Shown here one piece after another: positions 1 to 14,754 of a stretch of 64,000 bases of DNA. The notes under the pieces are model-generated. The model was not told the origin of the DNA. It did no database searches and saw only the letters and a program-made list of their open reading frames with translations. The DNA comes from the human T2T-CHM13v2.0 reference genome, Homo sapiens, in the NCBI RefSeq assembly GCF_009914755.1, contig NC_060925.1; one strand, written 5' to 3'. The position numbers and the translations under genes were made by a program. Every line of letters starts with the position of its first letter. Position 1 is the first letter of the stretch.

Positions 1-2048
1 ACCTGTGCCCTGCCCTGCCAGCTGTCACCTGCTGGGATGGCCCCAGGCCTACCCAAAGCCTGTCTCAGGTGTCCAGGGCTCTAAGTGGGGCTGGAGCATG
101 GCTGGGAGGTGAGCAGGCAGGAGATGGGGCTCTGGAAGCTAATTACTTACACTTTTCTGAGTGTTGTGAAACATTTGTTTTTCTTTTTTTTTTTGCCCCT
201 GAATCTGAAAGGAGAAATATTATCCTCATTTTACGGATGAGGAGAAAGAGGTTCAGAGAAGGTGTAAATGTGGTCCAGGTCACACAGCAGTAGAACCCAA
301 CTTGCCTCCTTCCAGGAGGAATATTCTCTGTCCTGCCCTCATCTGCAAGGATGCTGGGAGCTCAGAGGAGGGTGAGGACAGGCACTATCTCAGCTTCCTG
401 GGCTGTCTTCCAGAGAAGGAAGGGAGGTCTGTGAGAGTTCACAGGAGCACTGGACAGGGAGTTCCATGTTTGGGACTCCTGGCTGGTGTCCCAGGGATTT
501 CTGGCTGGTGCCCTGCCCTGTACTGACATACAGGCTGGGGTTCAAATCCAGGATCCCATCAATCTGCTCCGTCACCCTGGTCTGTGATTGGGAGCAGTGA
601 GCCTCCCAGCAGGCTGCTGTGAGGCTGCAGTGGGCCGAGAAGACACATTGCCGGAGAAAGTCCAGGTCCCCGGTGGGTGCTGGGCGTTCACCTGAGGGGC
701 AGCAGCAGGTTCCATCTACCAGCATGGGCCCCTCCGTCAGCTAAGTCCCATCTACTGCTTCTTCTGTTCCCCAGACTGGCCTCTTGCCATTGGCCCCTCC
801 TCGGTCTAGACAGCAGGACCACAGGTATGGAATCAACTGCTTCCCAGCAGCTCCAAACTGAGGAGCCTGGCAAGTGACTCAGCCTCTCTCAGTCTTGTGG
901 GGCCTGCCATCTTGAGGCCTGTGATAAGCTTTGCTCCCTGACCCATTCCCCACAGGAGCCCCTTGAGATTCTGCTCATAACCCCACTTACGTCCCGGGTG
1001 CTGAATGCTGCCCTCTGTGAGCCCATTTAACCTGCACTCTGTCCTGTGAGGCAGGTGCCACTACCATCCCCCATTTTACAGATGAGGAAACCAGGCCTTG
1101 ATGAATGGAATTACAGACCCATGATCTCCCAGCAGGAATGTGTCCAAGCAGGGAGGTGAACCAACCAGTGCCCAGACTCATAACCACCCTCAGTGTTGGA
1201 AGGGACCTTCAGGATCACCCCCAAAGCAAGAGCAGCCCACACCCAGGATCAGCGACATTCCCACCCCACTCCCCACTGTGTGTCCCAGGTTGGGGAGGGG
1301 CATTGGATCCCCAGAGATGACCTGCCAGGGCTCTGAGGGGGCCGACAGCTGGTCTCATTCCTATCAGCCTTAGGCTGGCTGGGGCGTGGGTGATCTGTCT
1401 CAGGGTCTGGCCTGCAGAACTTGGTCTCTGCCTCAAGCCCCTGTGGGGTGGTTTAGTTGGCCAGGGGTGGGGACCAGAAAAGAGTCACAGGAGAGCAAAC
1501 TGTCCAGAGATAGAAGTGGTTGATCTGGTAAGTTGTAAGCTCTCCATCCCTGGAGGTACGCAAGTAGAGATAATCACTTGGCAGACATCATATCAAAATC
1601 TAAAGCATCCAGATGGGCAGAGGAATTGAGGTCTCCCATTCTGCCCTGGGCATCCCAATTCTGATCTTGTAAAGGATATTTCAATAGGCGGGAGTCTTCT
1701 GTCTATGGACCACCATCACTCAATCTTTCAACATGAAACACCCATAAGCAGCTACCCTCAGCCCCTGGACTCTCAGTCACTGCCCTAGGGTAGGACTTAC
1801 CCTGCAGAGAGAACTGAGGAGGCACCAGGAGGTGCTGGGAGCACATACAGGGAACTAATTCTATGGCGCAGGGAGTGGGTGGCGGGAAGGCTGAGGGCCG
1901 CAGGGGCTGGCTCATGCCAAGTTTCAACTGCGTATATGTGACCCTGGAGAGCCACAAAGGCTTGGAGCAGGGTGTGAAGACTTCTCTGCCCCCAGCCTTC
2001 CTCACTGTCTCTCTGGCAGGCAGCAGGGTCTGCCCCAGCCCCTGCTAA

Positions 2049-2339
<291 letters not shown>

Positions 2340-2449
2340 AGGCTCCTAGCAGGTCCTGAATCCAGAGACAAAAATGCTGTGCCTTCTCCAGAGTCTTATG
2401 CAGTGCCTGGGACACAGTAGGCACTCAGCAAACGTTCGTTGTTGAAGGC

Positions 2450-2690
2450 TGTTCTATTTATCTATTGCTGTATAACAAACCACCCCAGAATTTAGTGGCT
2501 TAAAATAAATCCCATTTTATTATGTCTCACGACTCTATGAGTTGCCTAGGCCCAGCTAGGGGTGTTCTGCCCTCCGTGGTATGGGTGAGGCTACAGTCTT
2601 CAGGGGCCCAGCTGGCCAGGACATCCTGGGTGGCACTCCTATGGCCAGCGGTGAGTGCTGGCTGTCAGCTGGGAGATTGTGTGCAGGTGA
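2450..2690 (-). mobile_element. Old MaLR (MLT1-type) LTR fragment, antisense
   Basis: TATCTATTGCTGTATAACAAACCACCCCAGAATTTAGTGGCTTAAAA resembles the reverse complement of an MLT1 3' end. Boundaries approximate. Confidence 0.55.
2504..2509 (+). terminator. TMEM61: Probable TMEM61 polyadenylation signal
   Basis: First AATAAA about 165 nt after the stop codon, followed by T/GT-rich sequence. Confidence 0.7.
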
Positions 2691-2786
2691 GAAAACTGGG
2701 GCCCAAGGGTACACATCATGTTTATAACCAGAAGAACATGGCCTCTGAATTCAGACCACCTATGTATAGGTTCCACCAGGTACCAT

Positions 2787-3050
<264 letters not shown>

Positions 3051-3948
3051 TGCCATGTACCATCTTAGTGACTTGGACAAGTGATTTTTCCTCTCTCTGC
3101 CTTAGCCTCCTCATCTGTAAAATGGGAATTGAGGATTCCCTCAAAGAGCTGATTTGTGAGGATTCAGTGAGATGGTAGCAACTGACATGTGAGTTCACAC
3201 TGACACCGCCATCAATGGCTCAGTGCTGAGGCACCAGATAATAAAGGCAGGCATCTTAGCCCTGAGCCAGGTGCCTAGTAAGTGTGCAGTAATTGTCAGT
3301 TTTATGAGTAGAGGTAACCCTCCTCCACCAAGTGCAAATTCAGCCTCTGCTCCCATACCTCCTTTGACGGGAAGCTCACTACTTTTGCTCACTTTGCAGA
3401 TGTGGCAGAAACATTTACTTTTGACCAGCTCCGTTCTGCATCCCTACGTCTCTAGCCCACCCCACTTCCATGAAAGGAGGTGAAGTGATCTTCCCAGGGT
3501 CACACTGCCAGCAGGGGTCCAAAGGCCTGGGGCTTAGTCAGCTGGAGGAGGGTGTCATCCCCAGAGCCTACTATGTGCTGGGCCCGGTCCTCTGCTATTG
3601 TATCATCTTCAGAGTGCCCTGCGACAGGTGGTGGTGTCAGCATTTAACAGGTGAGGAACTAGCCTTGGAGAGGTAAAAATCCCAGACAATAAAGGCGCAG
3701 CCGGTGTGGGGTTCTCCCACCTAGGCTGCATGATTGTCACAGTAGCCACAGTCTTGGTCTCTCTCTGCTTCTCCCTGAGGCCCTTGCAGTCTCTTCTCAG
3801 TCCAGCAGGCAGAGTGAGCTGTTCAGACCCAGGTCAGATCATGACCCACCCTGCCCCTGGCCCTGCTGCACCCCACCCTTCCCACCGCACTCCCCCTCCC
3901 CCCACCCCCCACTGTGGCTCCCAGCTCACTTTCAATAATGAAAGCCCA

Positions 3949-4278
3949 GGCCAGGTGTGATGGCTCACGCCTGTAATCCCAGCACTTTGGGAGGCCGAGG
4001 CGGGTGGATCATGAAGTCAGGAGTTCAAGACCAGCCTGGCCAAGATGGTGAAACCCCGTCTCTACTAAAAATACAAAAATTAGCTGGGTGTGGTGGCGGG
4101 CGCTGTAATCTCAGCTCCTCAGGAGGCTGAGGCAGAGAATTGCTTGAACCCGGGAGGTGGAGGTTGCAGTGAGCCGAGATCGCACCACTGTACTCCAGCC
4201 TGGGTGACAGAGCGAGACTCCTTCTCAAAAAGAAAAGAAAAGAAAGGAAAAGAAAAGAAAAGAAAAAAGAAAAGAAAA
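3949..4278 (+). mobile_element. AluS element with (GAAAA)n-expanded tail
   Basis: GGCCAGGTGTGATGGCTCACGCCTGTAATCCCAGC start, both arms present, TSD GAAAGCCCA at 3940-3948 and 4279-4287. Confidence 0.95.
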
Positions 4279-5429
4279 GAAAGCCCAGACACTGGTCTGA
4301 GGAGAGGGGGGCTCTGAGGACTGGTCTGAGCCTGTCTTCTCTCCTGACCCTCTAATTTCCTGCCACTCTCTCCCCCTGCTCTCTGCTCCAACCAGTCTCG
4401 CTGAGGCTTTTGCACTGGCTGTTTCCTCTCTCCTGAAATGCTTCCTGGGGGCTTGCTCTTCAGCAACCTGGGTGTCTCTTCTGACCCTCTCCCTCCCCCG
4501 TCACCAAACTCTAGATCACTCCTGTGCCTCCCTCCCTTCCTCTCCTCTACATCACTGCTTCACCCTCCTCTTCTTGGTATTAACCCAGGACAGTCTAGGA
4601 GCCTGGAGGTGTAGGTGTGAAGTGACCTTGGGTGAGTTAGGTGAGTTAATGAGTTGCTGGTGTGACCAGGAGGCACCACTTTACTGGGCAGGCACTGAAA
4701 GGGCAAGGGTGGGAGGGCTGGAAGCACAGAGAACTTTTCTGCCTTTCTCTCCGATCCACTCATCTGTGTCCTAACTGGAAGCCCACAGGAGGGGCCATGA
4801 CTTGCTCAAGGTCACCAGTATCATGAAAGAGGCTGAGTCAGGGCTGCAGAGGGAAGACAGACTCCTGACCAAGCCATGTTACTGTCCCCTTCCAAGCCAA
4901 AGTGGCCTCGCTGTGAATGGGGGTTCCTTGTGTCCACTGGCAGAGTGCCTGACCATGGAGCCACGTGAGGGCCAGCTCTGCCACTCTGCAGCCCCCAGGA
5001 GGCACCAGTTTGCTTGCTGGTTTCTTTCCTCCTGGGCCCGACCATCCAGTTTCTTCACCCCCTATTCAGACCTCATCTTGTGCTGGCCACCAGAGTCTCA
5101 GATGACAGGGATCCTCAGAGCTCAGACCTCCCCCGTGCTTTCCTTGGGCCCCTCCCGGGCTTCTGTTACCCGCTGGGTGGGCTTGGTGACCCCTGCCCCT
5201 GGAGCTCTCCACCTTAAATCAGCCCACCCCAGTCAGAAATCCCTGTGCTACCCCCTCGGTGGCTCATTGCTGCTCACTGGGATCTTTCTCTCTCTAACTG
5301 AAAAATTAAAATCTGGTTCTCATCTTTCCCATGCATAACCTCTGTGAAAAATGTCAGATACCTTAGCCCCAGCAGGTTTCCTGCCTGCATTTCCTCTCCG
5401 GCCTCTCTCTCCCAGGCATGCAGATTCCA

Positions 5430-6200
5430 TCCCTCTATTCACACACGCATCCAGAGCCTACCCTGTCCTAGCCCCTGGGGATAGAGCAGTGCTCAAAACA
5501 AAGTCCCCACCCTGTGGGGGCTTGAGTTCTAGTTGAGGAGACAGACAGACAAGAGACAAGATAAATCATGCATATAGTATGATAGGTGGCTGTGAGCACT
5601 ATGGAGAAACATTGAGAAAAGAATACAGGGAACCCCTGGGGAGGTAATTCTGCAGTTTCATAGCAGGATCAGGGAAGCCCTCACTGTGAAGGCGACATTT
5701 GGGCAAAGTCCTGAAGAAGGTAAGGGAGGGAGCCATGCAGCTACAGGAAGAACAGCACTCCAGGCAGAAGGAACAGCAGGTGCGGAGGCCCTGGGATGCA
5801 TGCGTGTTCCAGGAACAGCATGGGGCCAGGGTGGTGGAATGGGTGAGTGAGAGGGGGCGTGGCGGGAGGCAAGCTCAGAGGGTTGATATGCAGGCAGCGC
5901 GGGCCAATTATCCAGAGCCTTTCAGGTCATCTTAAAGCATTTGGCTTTTACTCTGATGAGATGGGGAGCCATTCCAAGGCTCCGTGCAGAAGAGTGACAT
6001 GATCTGACCCAGTATTGGGGCTGCAAAGACACTTCAGAGGTCAAGGATGGAAGTAAAGACCAGTTAGGGAGAGAAAGAGATGGTGGAGGCTCAGACCCGG
6101 TGATGAGCAGTCGTCAGGGGTGAGAAGTGATTGGATTCTTACATGTTGGAGGTAGAGCCCATAGGATGTGGGTGTGATGGAGGAGGTGAGGTTGGTGACG
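5430..6200 (-). mobile_element. L2 LINE fragment, antisense
   Basis: Degenerate L2 3' motifs in reverse (CTGGGGATAGAGCAGTG...AAAGTCCC; TTTGGCTTTTACTCTGATGAGATGGGGAGCCAT; AGTGACATGATCTGA). Confidence 0.65.
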
Positions 6201-6669
6201 GGGCTTGCTAACCGGAAGGATGGGGTTATGGGAGGGGCAGGTCTGGGGAGGAAGATGCAATGCAGGCAGCCTGTGCACAGCACTTAGAGCTTTCTCGCCA
6301 GCTGTGTGTCGGCGGGTACGTACCTCAGTGCCTTTGCACATGCTGGCCTCTGTGCCTGGGAGGTTTCTCCTGCCCCGTCAGAACTCCAACTGCCTTCTCA
6401 AGTGTCCCTTCTGTGAATCTGTCCCTTCACCCCTCATCCCCATCTGTTCCTCTCTCTGCTTTGTGCACATTCGGGACCTCGCACGCATCGCAAAGCCATT
6501 ACCGTATTGTGCCCCAGAAGGTGCCCCAGAAGTTAGGACTGAGCGCCATCCATCCCTGAAGCCCTGTGTGTACGAGTTCCTAACAGCTCAGTGTCCCCCA
6601 CACAGTAGGGGCTCAACCAGAGACTGCCTGGGGACCTGGGTGGACTCCTAGCTCTACTGTCTGTTCCCA

Positions 6670-7575
6670 GGTTCTGCCACGTTGGGTCGCTCGCCTTGCC
6701 TGCGTGGACCTCGATGCTTACCTCTGTCAAATGGGCGTGCTCTTTCCCTCCCTGCCTCGGGGTGTCATGGGAGCCCGCTCGCAAGGATCCCGAAAGCTGG
6801 GGTTAGCGCGCCCTCTGCTGGACGATGAAAGACTCCGCGCGCTCTGCTCCCCAGTCCCCCAGGTGGCCCGGGGGAGGTGAAGTAAGGCGGGAGGGCGGGG
6901 GGACTACAGGAGAGGAGGGGGAGCTGCTGCACCCGAACATTTCCAGCGCACCCTACACACATGTCCTTACTTAATCCCTAGCCCGACTCTGTGGAAGAGC
7001 TTAGGTGAGACCCATTTTCCAGAGTTCCTACCTGTTTCCTACTTGCTACTGAATTTCTTACTCGTAGTTACCTTTTTTTTTTTTTTTTTTTTTAAGAGGA
7101 GAAGCGACTCAGAGAGAAAAGGGGCGAAGAAGGCTGGGCCGTGTAGAGGAAAGAAAAGGCGCGAGAGAAGAAGACTGCCCGGGTGACCGCGAGGCCTCTG
7201 AGGAATGGCTGAAGAGCAGATCCATCTACATGGGGCTGGGAGGGGAGGTGCGGTCACCGCTCAGCCGCCGACTCAGCCGAGGGAGACCTTGGCCAGCCCC
7301 TGCCACTCCGCAGGCTCGGTTTCCTCGCCTGTGAAATGCGGGCGATGACTCCCCTCCCCGCCGCGACTGCTCATCACCGGGTCCGAGCCCAGCCGCTGAC
7401 CCCGGGGGAAGCGCCTTGCTCAGCGCCGGGCGGCCCACGAGGCCCTGCAGGACCGCGGCTGCGGAGACCGTTCCCGCCACCCGCCTGGGCTCCAGGGCCA
7501 GACGGGCTGAGGTCCCTCTGGGCCTCCGTCTCCTTTCCAGGGAGGGGCACCGGCTAGGTAACACGGCACTCGCCC
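6670..7575. promoter_or_regulatory. Intergenic CpG-rich segment between TMEM61 and BSND
   Basis: Visibly high CpG/GC density at about 6670-6950 and 7130-7575, with GC-box-like GGCGGG motifs, against CpG-depleted flanks. Confidence 0.6.
6808..6821 (-). promoter_or_regulatory. CTCF consensus motif (CCAGCAGAGGGCGC on - strand)
   Basis: Full match to the CTCF core consensus CCASYAGRKGGCRS. Binding is not shown by sequence. Confidence 0.65.
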
Positions 7576-9361
7576 TTTCCCTTCTCTGAGCCTGTAGTAG
7601 ATGATGATAATAATGTTTCCGTGGAAGGTCCTGCTTTGTTAATAGTCACAGATTACAAAGTACTTGCCTTTTCCCACTCCCCTTATGTCCCTTCCCTGTA
7701 CAAAACCTGGGAGGTGGCCTAATACCTATCCCCAATCTGCAGTTGACAAAACTCTAGCCCGGAGCAGAGCCACCTGCCTGAGCTCACCCTGAGAACCAGA
7801 CCTGGACATGACCTGATAACTCAGCCCTTTCCTGCCCCTCAGCCATCGCTCAGCCAGGGCCCCTGAGCTCCCTCCAGGACCTCCTCTGCGAACTGTCAAG
7901 TGCACCTGGACTCTGAGGGCTGGCGATGGTGGGTGTGAGGAAGGAGAAACCCCTGTTGGAAAAAGGGCCTATGAGAAGGACGTCTAGTTAGAGGGGCAGC
8001 TGTGAGCACAGGTGTGGGGTTAGGGAACAAGGGCAGCCCTGCTGGCAGGAGGGGAGAAGGTGATGACCGCCAACAGGAAATCCCCAAGCCCAGCAAGTCA
8101 GGGAGCCCATTGAAAGCCTTTTATCCTGCATCGGCGATTTAACCCCATGTAAACGCCAAGTGAACATTCTCTTGTAGAGACCGATGGTCCTCATTTTCCT
8201 GTAATCCTGTAAAGGAATCTGATTTCTTCCATCAGCCTGTCCCTAGGACTAAAATGCCTCATTAGTGTTATTCTTAGGAAGGCATCTTCCTAGATCAGGC
8301 TGCAAGGAAATGGAGGAAGTGACTGTCAGTCACTCACACCCTGCAGGGGCACTAATTCCGAGAGCCTTAGGGGTGGGTGGGGAGCAGTTCATTGAAAGCC
8401 CAACTGGGTGGTGCATAGCGTATGAATGTGAAGGGGATGGAGGAACCCAAGGAGGCCAGGCCTGGAGACAGCACCAAATCTGGGAGGTACATTATTATTC
8501 CCATTTTACAGAGGAGGAAACTGAGGTAACCTGATCATGACCACACTGCCCCACAGTAGAGGAGCCAGAATCCAAACCCAGGCAGCCTGCCTTGCCACCA
8601 GAGCCACGCTTTTCACCCTCAAGCTGCAGTTAAGAAGTATCACGCCGTGGCTAGGCCCACGGCCTCTGGCTTCACGTCCCACTAGCTCTGCCATCTTTAG
8701 CTGTGTGACCTTGGGCAAGTTACTTGTCTGTGCCCGAGGGTCCTCTGTAAAGTGGGGATAGTAGTAGCTGCTTCACTGGGTTCCCTTCAATGAGTTAATA
8801 GCTGTAACATGTTTAGAATGGTGCCCTGCACATAGTCACCAGCCAGTACATATGGGCCATTATTCCTGAACCCTGGATAGGTACATGTCCTTGAAGAGTG
8901 TAGAATTCTTCAGGATTCTGAAATGCCAGCCTGTGGGATCCTGGAATCCTCCAATAGCATTCTAACAGCTCTCGGCTGCAGAACTGTACCCTGTTTTCTA
9001 GAGCTGGAAGGTGTGAGGCTGCCTGTCCACCCAGCTCAACCCCACAGTAGGCAAATGAGGTGATGTCAAAGCGTTGGCTGGGGCCCAGCCCCGGTAACCT
9101 CCCACTCTCCCTCCCCTGTGTGCTCCCTCGCTCAGATTCACACACACACTCCAGGCCAGCCGGGCCCAGAGGGAAGGTGAGAGGGCAAGGAGTAAAGGTG
9201 GCTGGGTGTGGGTCCGTTGAAGCGAGCCGCCTCCAGCCCTGTTGAACTGGTGGGCCCAGGGACTGGAGCGGGATTGAAAGGGATCTTGCTCTCCCTTGAA
9301 GCCTCGAGTTGCAGCGATTTCAGTGTCTTCTCTCCCTGTGTAAGCCTGTCTGGGTGTTTAG

Positions 9362-9802
<441 letters not shown>

Positions 9803-11434
9803 TAAGGGTTGATCAGAAGGCCCCTGGATCTGGAGCCCTGAGCCGGAAGCTATGGTATAGACACAGCAAACACAACACACCATGTGCTTGAAACAAAAGC
9901 TAATGAGCGCTGACCCCCTGCCAGGCACTCCTGCGTTCAGGGTGCAGTTCAGCCCTCATCCTAAGCCTTTTGGTGCTTTCTGTAGTTCCACCTTCTGAGC
10001 CTTTCTGAGGTCCAGAAAGAGAGGCTGCACAGCTAACGAGCAAGGTTTGGAGCTCAGATGCGTGTGACTTACACGTCACCCTTCACCTTGGGTCTTCTAC
10101 CTCTGGGTCCCAGAGCGACTGAGAGCTCCAGGGTAGGTCAGGTCTAACCTTGGTGTCATGCACTGGGCAGTATCCTTTAGAGTCTTCATGTATTCTCAGC
10201 CTTATGTGTAATTTAGTGATGGGAAGAGCACTGGTTTGGGAGTCCTGAGTTCTAGTTCAAGTCCTGTTCCAAACTCTCTATGACCTTTGTCTTTCTGAGC
10301 CTCATTTTTTTCATCTGCAAATGAGATCCCTGCCCCTATTTTCCACAGAGCTTCACAGAGTCATTATAAAGATCAGAGAAGAGATAAGATATAGGAATAT
10401 TTTGTAAACTGTAAGGTGTTATTTATAGATGAAGGGCTACCACTGTTACCCATACTGATCCTCCCAACAGCTCTGTGGAATGGAAATGCCAGGAGTTGCG
10501 AATCTTCAATGCCTAGAGAGGCTGGGTGACTTCCAAGGTCACACAGCTGGTCAGGTACAGACCCAGGGAGAAAAGGAGGGAAATAGGGACTCTAACTTGG
10601 GCACTGTCTCTTACTGCCTGGGAGACTTTGCTCAAGCCCCTTTCCTCTCTGAGCCTCAGTTTCCTCATTTGTACACTGTGTGAGTTAGGAGGGGGGGGTG
10701 GGAAAGGGGGTATATCTGGGGGCCCTGCTGGACCTAATATCTAGGGCTCCAGGTCCAGGCAGTCCTCAGCAACCCCCACACCTCCTCTCCTCCCACCTGG
10801 GTGGCTGTGCTCAGGGTTTCAGGGAAGAAGGGGGATGGCTCCCTGGGGCCTGGGCCGGCTCTCCCCAGCCCTGCCCCCTCCACGGGCCAACCCTGGGCTG
10901 TCATTCTGTTCAGTGCTGGAGCGGTCTGGGCTGGTTTGTAGTCATTTAGCAGGCAGTTTACAGTCAACTTGCCTCTGTCTGTGCAATTCCTTGAGCAGAG
11001 GTCACTGGGAGAAGTCCTTGGGGCCAAAGCCACTCATGTCACCACTGCTATTATAATCCTTCTCCCAGTGAGGAGGCTGGACCCTGGGGGACAGCAGAGG
11101 GATGGCAGAGGTGTGGAGAGGAGCATCCTTCCTGCCCCCGCTCTTAAATAGAGCTGGCTCTGGGATGGTTGGTAGGCTGATGGGAGTGACGGTAGAGGGG
11201 AGGGGAGGGGAGGAGGGAATATTGCTGGGTATTAATGAGTAACTGTTGATAGATTCATGGGTTCACGTGCTGTGGAGGCAGCGTGGTGGGCTGAAAATGG
11301 CACATGTTGTGGCAACCTCCAGGCCCAGATTCAAATCCCTGCTCCTTCATGTCCCACTTCTGTGACCTTGGCAGAAAGAGTCCCTCCCCCTCAGCTCTGA
11401 GCCTTGTACGGCTGATTGGGAGAACACAGTGGGA

Positions 11435-11436
<2 letters not shown>

Positions 11437-11480
<44 letters not shown>
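11437..11480. repeat. (GT)22 microsatellite, BSND intron 1
   Basis: Uninterrupted GT run of 44 nt. Confidence 0.97.
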
Positions 11481-11481
<1 letters not shown>

Positions 11482-12956
11482 GGGGGAGACCTGGCATCAC
11501 ACCTGCCATGGAACATATGTGAAGGCATTGTTCTTAGGATTGAGGATTGGTATTTGCGGCACTGGGTGGGCCTCTGCATGAGTGCAGGTGTGTGTGAGTG
11601 TGTGTTTCAGAGATGCAGGCTGGTAGAGCCAGCACAAATTGACTCCAATAAGGGAAGGGAGGAAAGCACCTTATAAACCAGGGAGACACTCTAGAGGCGA
11701 AGCTCCCTGGATCCTGCTTGGTCTCATTGGTGCCTGGGCCAACGCTGCCTGCAGTGCTCCTGCCTGTCCTCCCCTCAGCCTCCTCCCCGTGGCTCTGTGT
11801 GCCAGACCTATGGAAAGTTTTGATAAATGGGGAGATATAAATATAAGGGAATAGAATTAGCTAATTAGGATATAGGGGTGAGGGGTAGCCAATACCAACA
11901 TGCATTAAGCTGTCCATGTCTTTTAGGGGCTAGAGGTCTAGTGGGAGAGGCTATTTGCTGCCTGATGGGGAGGAAACAGGCTTCACAGAGAAGGTGAGCT
12001 GGGCTTTGTAGGTGAGATAAGAGTTCACCAAGCAGAGAAGATGGGGAAAGACATTCCAGGCAGAAGAGTAGCATGATCAAAGCAATGTGGTAAAAGAATA
12101 AGGCAAGTGGGCCATTGTGGCTACGAGAGGCAGAGGGGAGGAAGGTAAAGGTAGCGAGGGAGTGGGGCTCAACTCTTCAGGGCCTGGGATGCCATGGTAA
12201 GGAATTTGGAGCTTGTCCTTTAGTTAATGGGACACGACCAGCTTTGCAGTTTGAGAAAGACATCCAGAAGAAGGAAGGTCTGGGGGCAGCCATACCAGTG
12301 GGGAGGCTTCTTCTCTGGTCTTGGTGAGAGCTGACAGTCATCTGGAATAATGCAGAATTCAAACACAAAGCTGTAGGAACTAAGGTGACATTTACAGTTC
12401 ACTTCACATAGAGTACCCGTTGTGGCTAGGCATAGCACCAGCACTTCCACCCAGGTTATCTTATTGAATTTCTGAAGTAGACCTGGTCAGATTTGGTGGT
12501 CAGCTGGGCCTCAGGCATGAGAGAGGAGAAGGGATCAGGGCAAATCTAGTGGATGGGACAGTTGGAGGTGCTGAGCCCATTAGTGAAGATGGGGCAGGGG
12601 AGCTGTGAGCAGGGAAAGGAGTGGCAGGGAGAGCAGGGTCTCTGCCCACGCATCCCCCATTCCTCACTCCTGCCTGCTGTGCTGGAGACCAGGACCAGGG
12701 TCCTGACTGGTGGCCTCCCTCTCTCTGGAGATTGCTCAGTGTTCTGCCTAAACACAAATCTGACAGTGTACTCTCTTGCTGAGAGTCCTTCAGGACTCCC
12801 CATTGCATCTGGAGAAAGGCTAAGCTTCTTAGTTTGGTGTTCTGGTGGTCTCCATGGTCTGATATCCTCTCTCCAGCTTCAACTCTGCCTGTCCCTCCTC
12901 ATCAAAAAACTTGCATTTTAAGATGCCCCATCCTTTCCTTCTCCAAGCTTTTCCTA

Positions 12957-13998
12957 AGGGTGGTGATGATGATATGATGGTGATAATGAGAGTGCAGTGG
13001 GGATAGTGAGGGTGAGAATGGTGATGGTGATGATGATGATGATGATGTTAGTGATGGTGCTGATAAGAATGATGATGGTAAAGATGGTGATTATGAGATG
13101 ATGATGGTGAGGATGGTGATGGTGACAATGGTGATGATTATGGTGATTAGGAGATGGTGATGATGAGGATGGTGATGGTGAGAATGGTAATGGTGATAAT
13201 GGTGATGATGATAATAGTGATAATGATGGTGAGGATGGTGATGGTGACAATGGTGATGATGATGATGATGATGATAGTGATGATGATGGTGATTAGGAGA
13301 TGCTGATGATGAGGATGGTGATGGTGAGAATGGTAATGGTGATGATAATAGTGATGATGATAATAGTGATAATGATGGTGAGGATGGTGATGGTGACAAT
13401 GGTGATGATGATGATGATAGTGATGATGATGGTGATTAGGAGATGGTGATGATGAGGATGGTGATGGTGAGAATGGTAATGGTGATGATAATAGTGATGA
13501 TGATAATAGTGATAATGATGGTGAGGATGGTGATGGTGACAATGGTGATGATGATGATGATGATAGTGATGATGATGGTGATTAGGAGATGGTGATGATG
13601 AGGATGGTGATGGTGAGAATGGTAATGGTGATGATAATAGTGATGATGATGGTGAGGATGGTGATGGTGAAGATGGTGATGATGAGATTGGTGATAGAAT
13701 GGTGATGGTAATGACGATGTTGATGGTAATGAAGATGTCAATGATGGTGATGTGATGATAATGATGGTAACGGTTATGATGATGGTGATGGTGATAATGA
13801 TAATGGTGATGATGATGGTAATGGTCACGATGGTGATAGTGATGATGATAGTGGTGATAATGATGGTGATGTTGATAATTTTGGTGGTGATAATAGTTAT
13901 GGTGATGATTGATGGTAATGAGGATGAGGATGATGACGATTATTATTATGATGATGATGGTGACGGTGATGATGATGGTGACGGTGATGATGATGGTG
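12957..13998. repeat. GAT/GGT/AAT-rich triplet satellite with ~145-bp higher-order unit
   Basis: About 1 kb of (GAT)n-like sequence. The marker GATTAGGAGA recurs at 13145, 13291, 13434 and 13580 (spacing 146, 143, 146). Confidence 0.95.
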
Positions 13999-14013
13999 CT
14001 GACTGGGCCATGA

Positions 14014-14397
<384 letters not shown>

Positions 14398-14754
14398 TAG
14401 GAGTACAAAGGCCCCCTCCATCCATCATTCCCTTCTCCCCATCAGAATGGAGCTTTCCTAGTGCAGACAAGTGTCTTCTACTCACTTTGCTCTATGGGAA
14501 GGGGAATAGGGAAGTGCTATTTATGAATCTGGTATAATACAGTGGGGTCTCAACAAATATTTATTGGAAAAATTTTCAGCCGAGGAGAGCAAGACTCAGA
14601 GAAGTCAGACAACTGAATCATCAATAGCATCAAGTTATGATTTACTGAGTAGTTACTATGTGCTGGGGACCATGCTGAGGGATTCCCTATATATGATCTC
14701 ATGAAATTTTCACAGCAACCTCAGGAGACTGGCGTAACTAGCCCCATTTTAAAA

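Noticed and set aside
4025-4466. ORFs over Alu elements, here and at other Alus
   Set aside because: Standard Alu-frame translations (e.g. [25 protein letters not shown]), not genes.
13100-13690. Regularly spaced repeats resembling a CRISPR array
   Set aside because: The intervening sequence is itself repeated rather than unique spacers; eukaryotic context; no cas genes.
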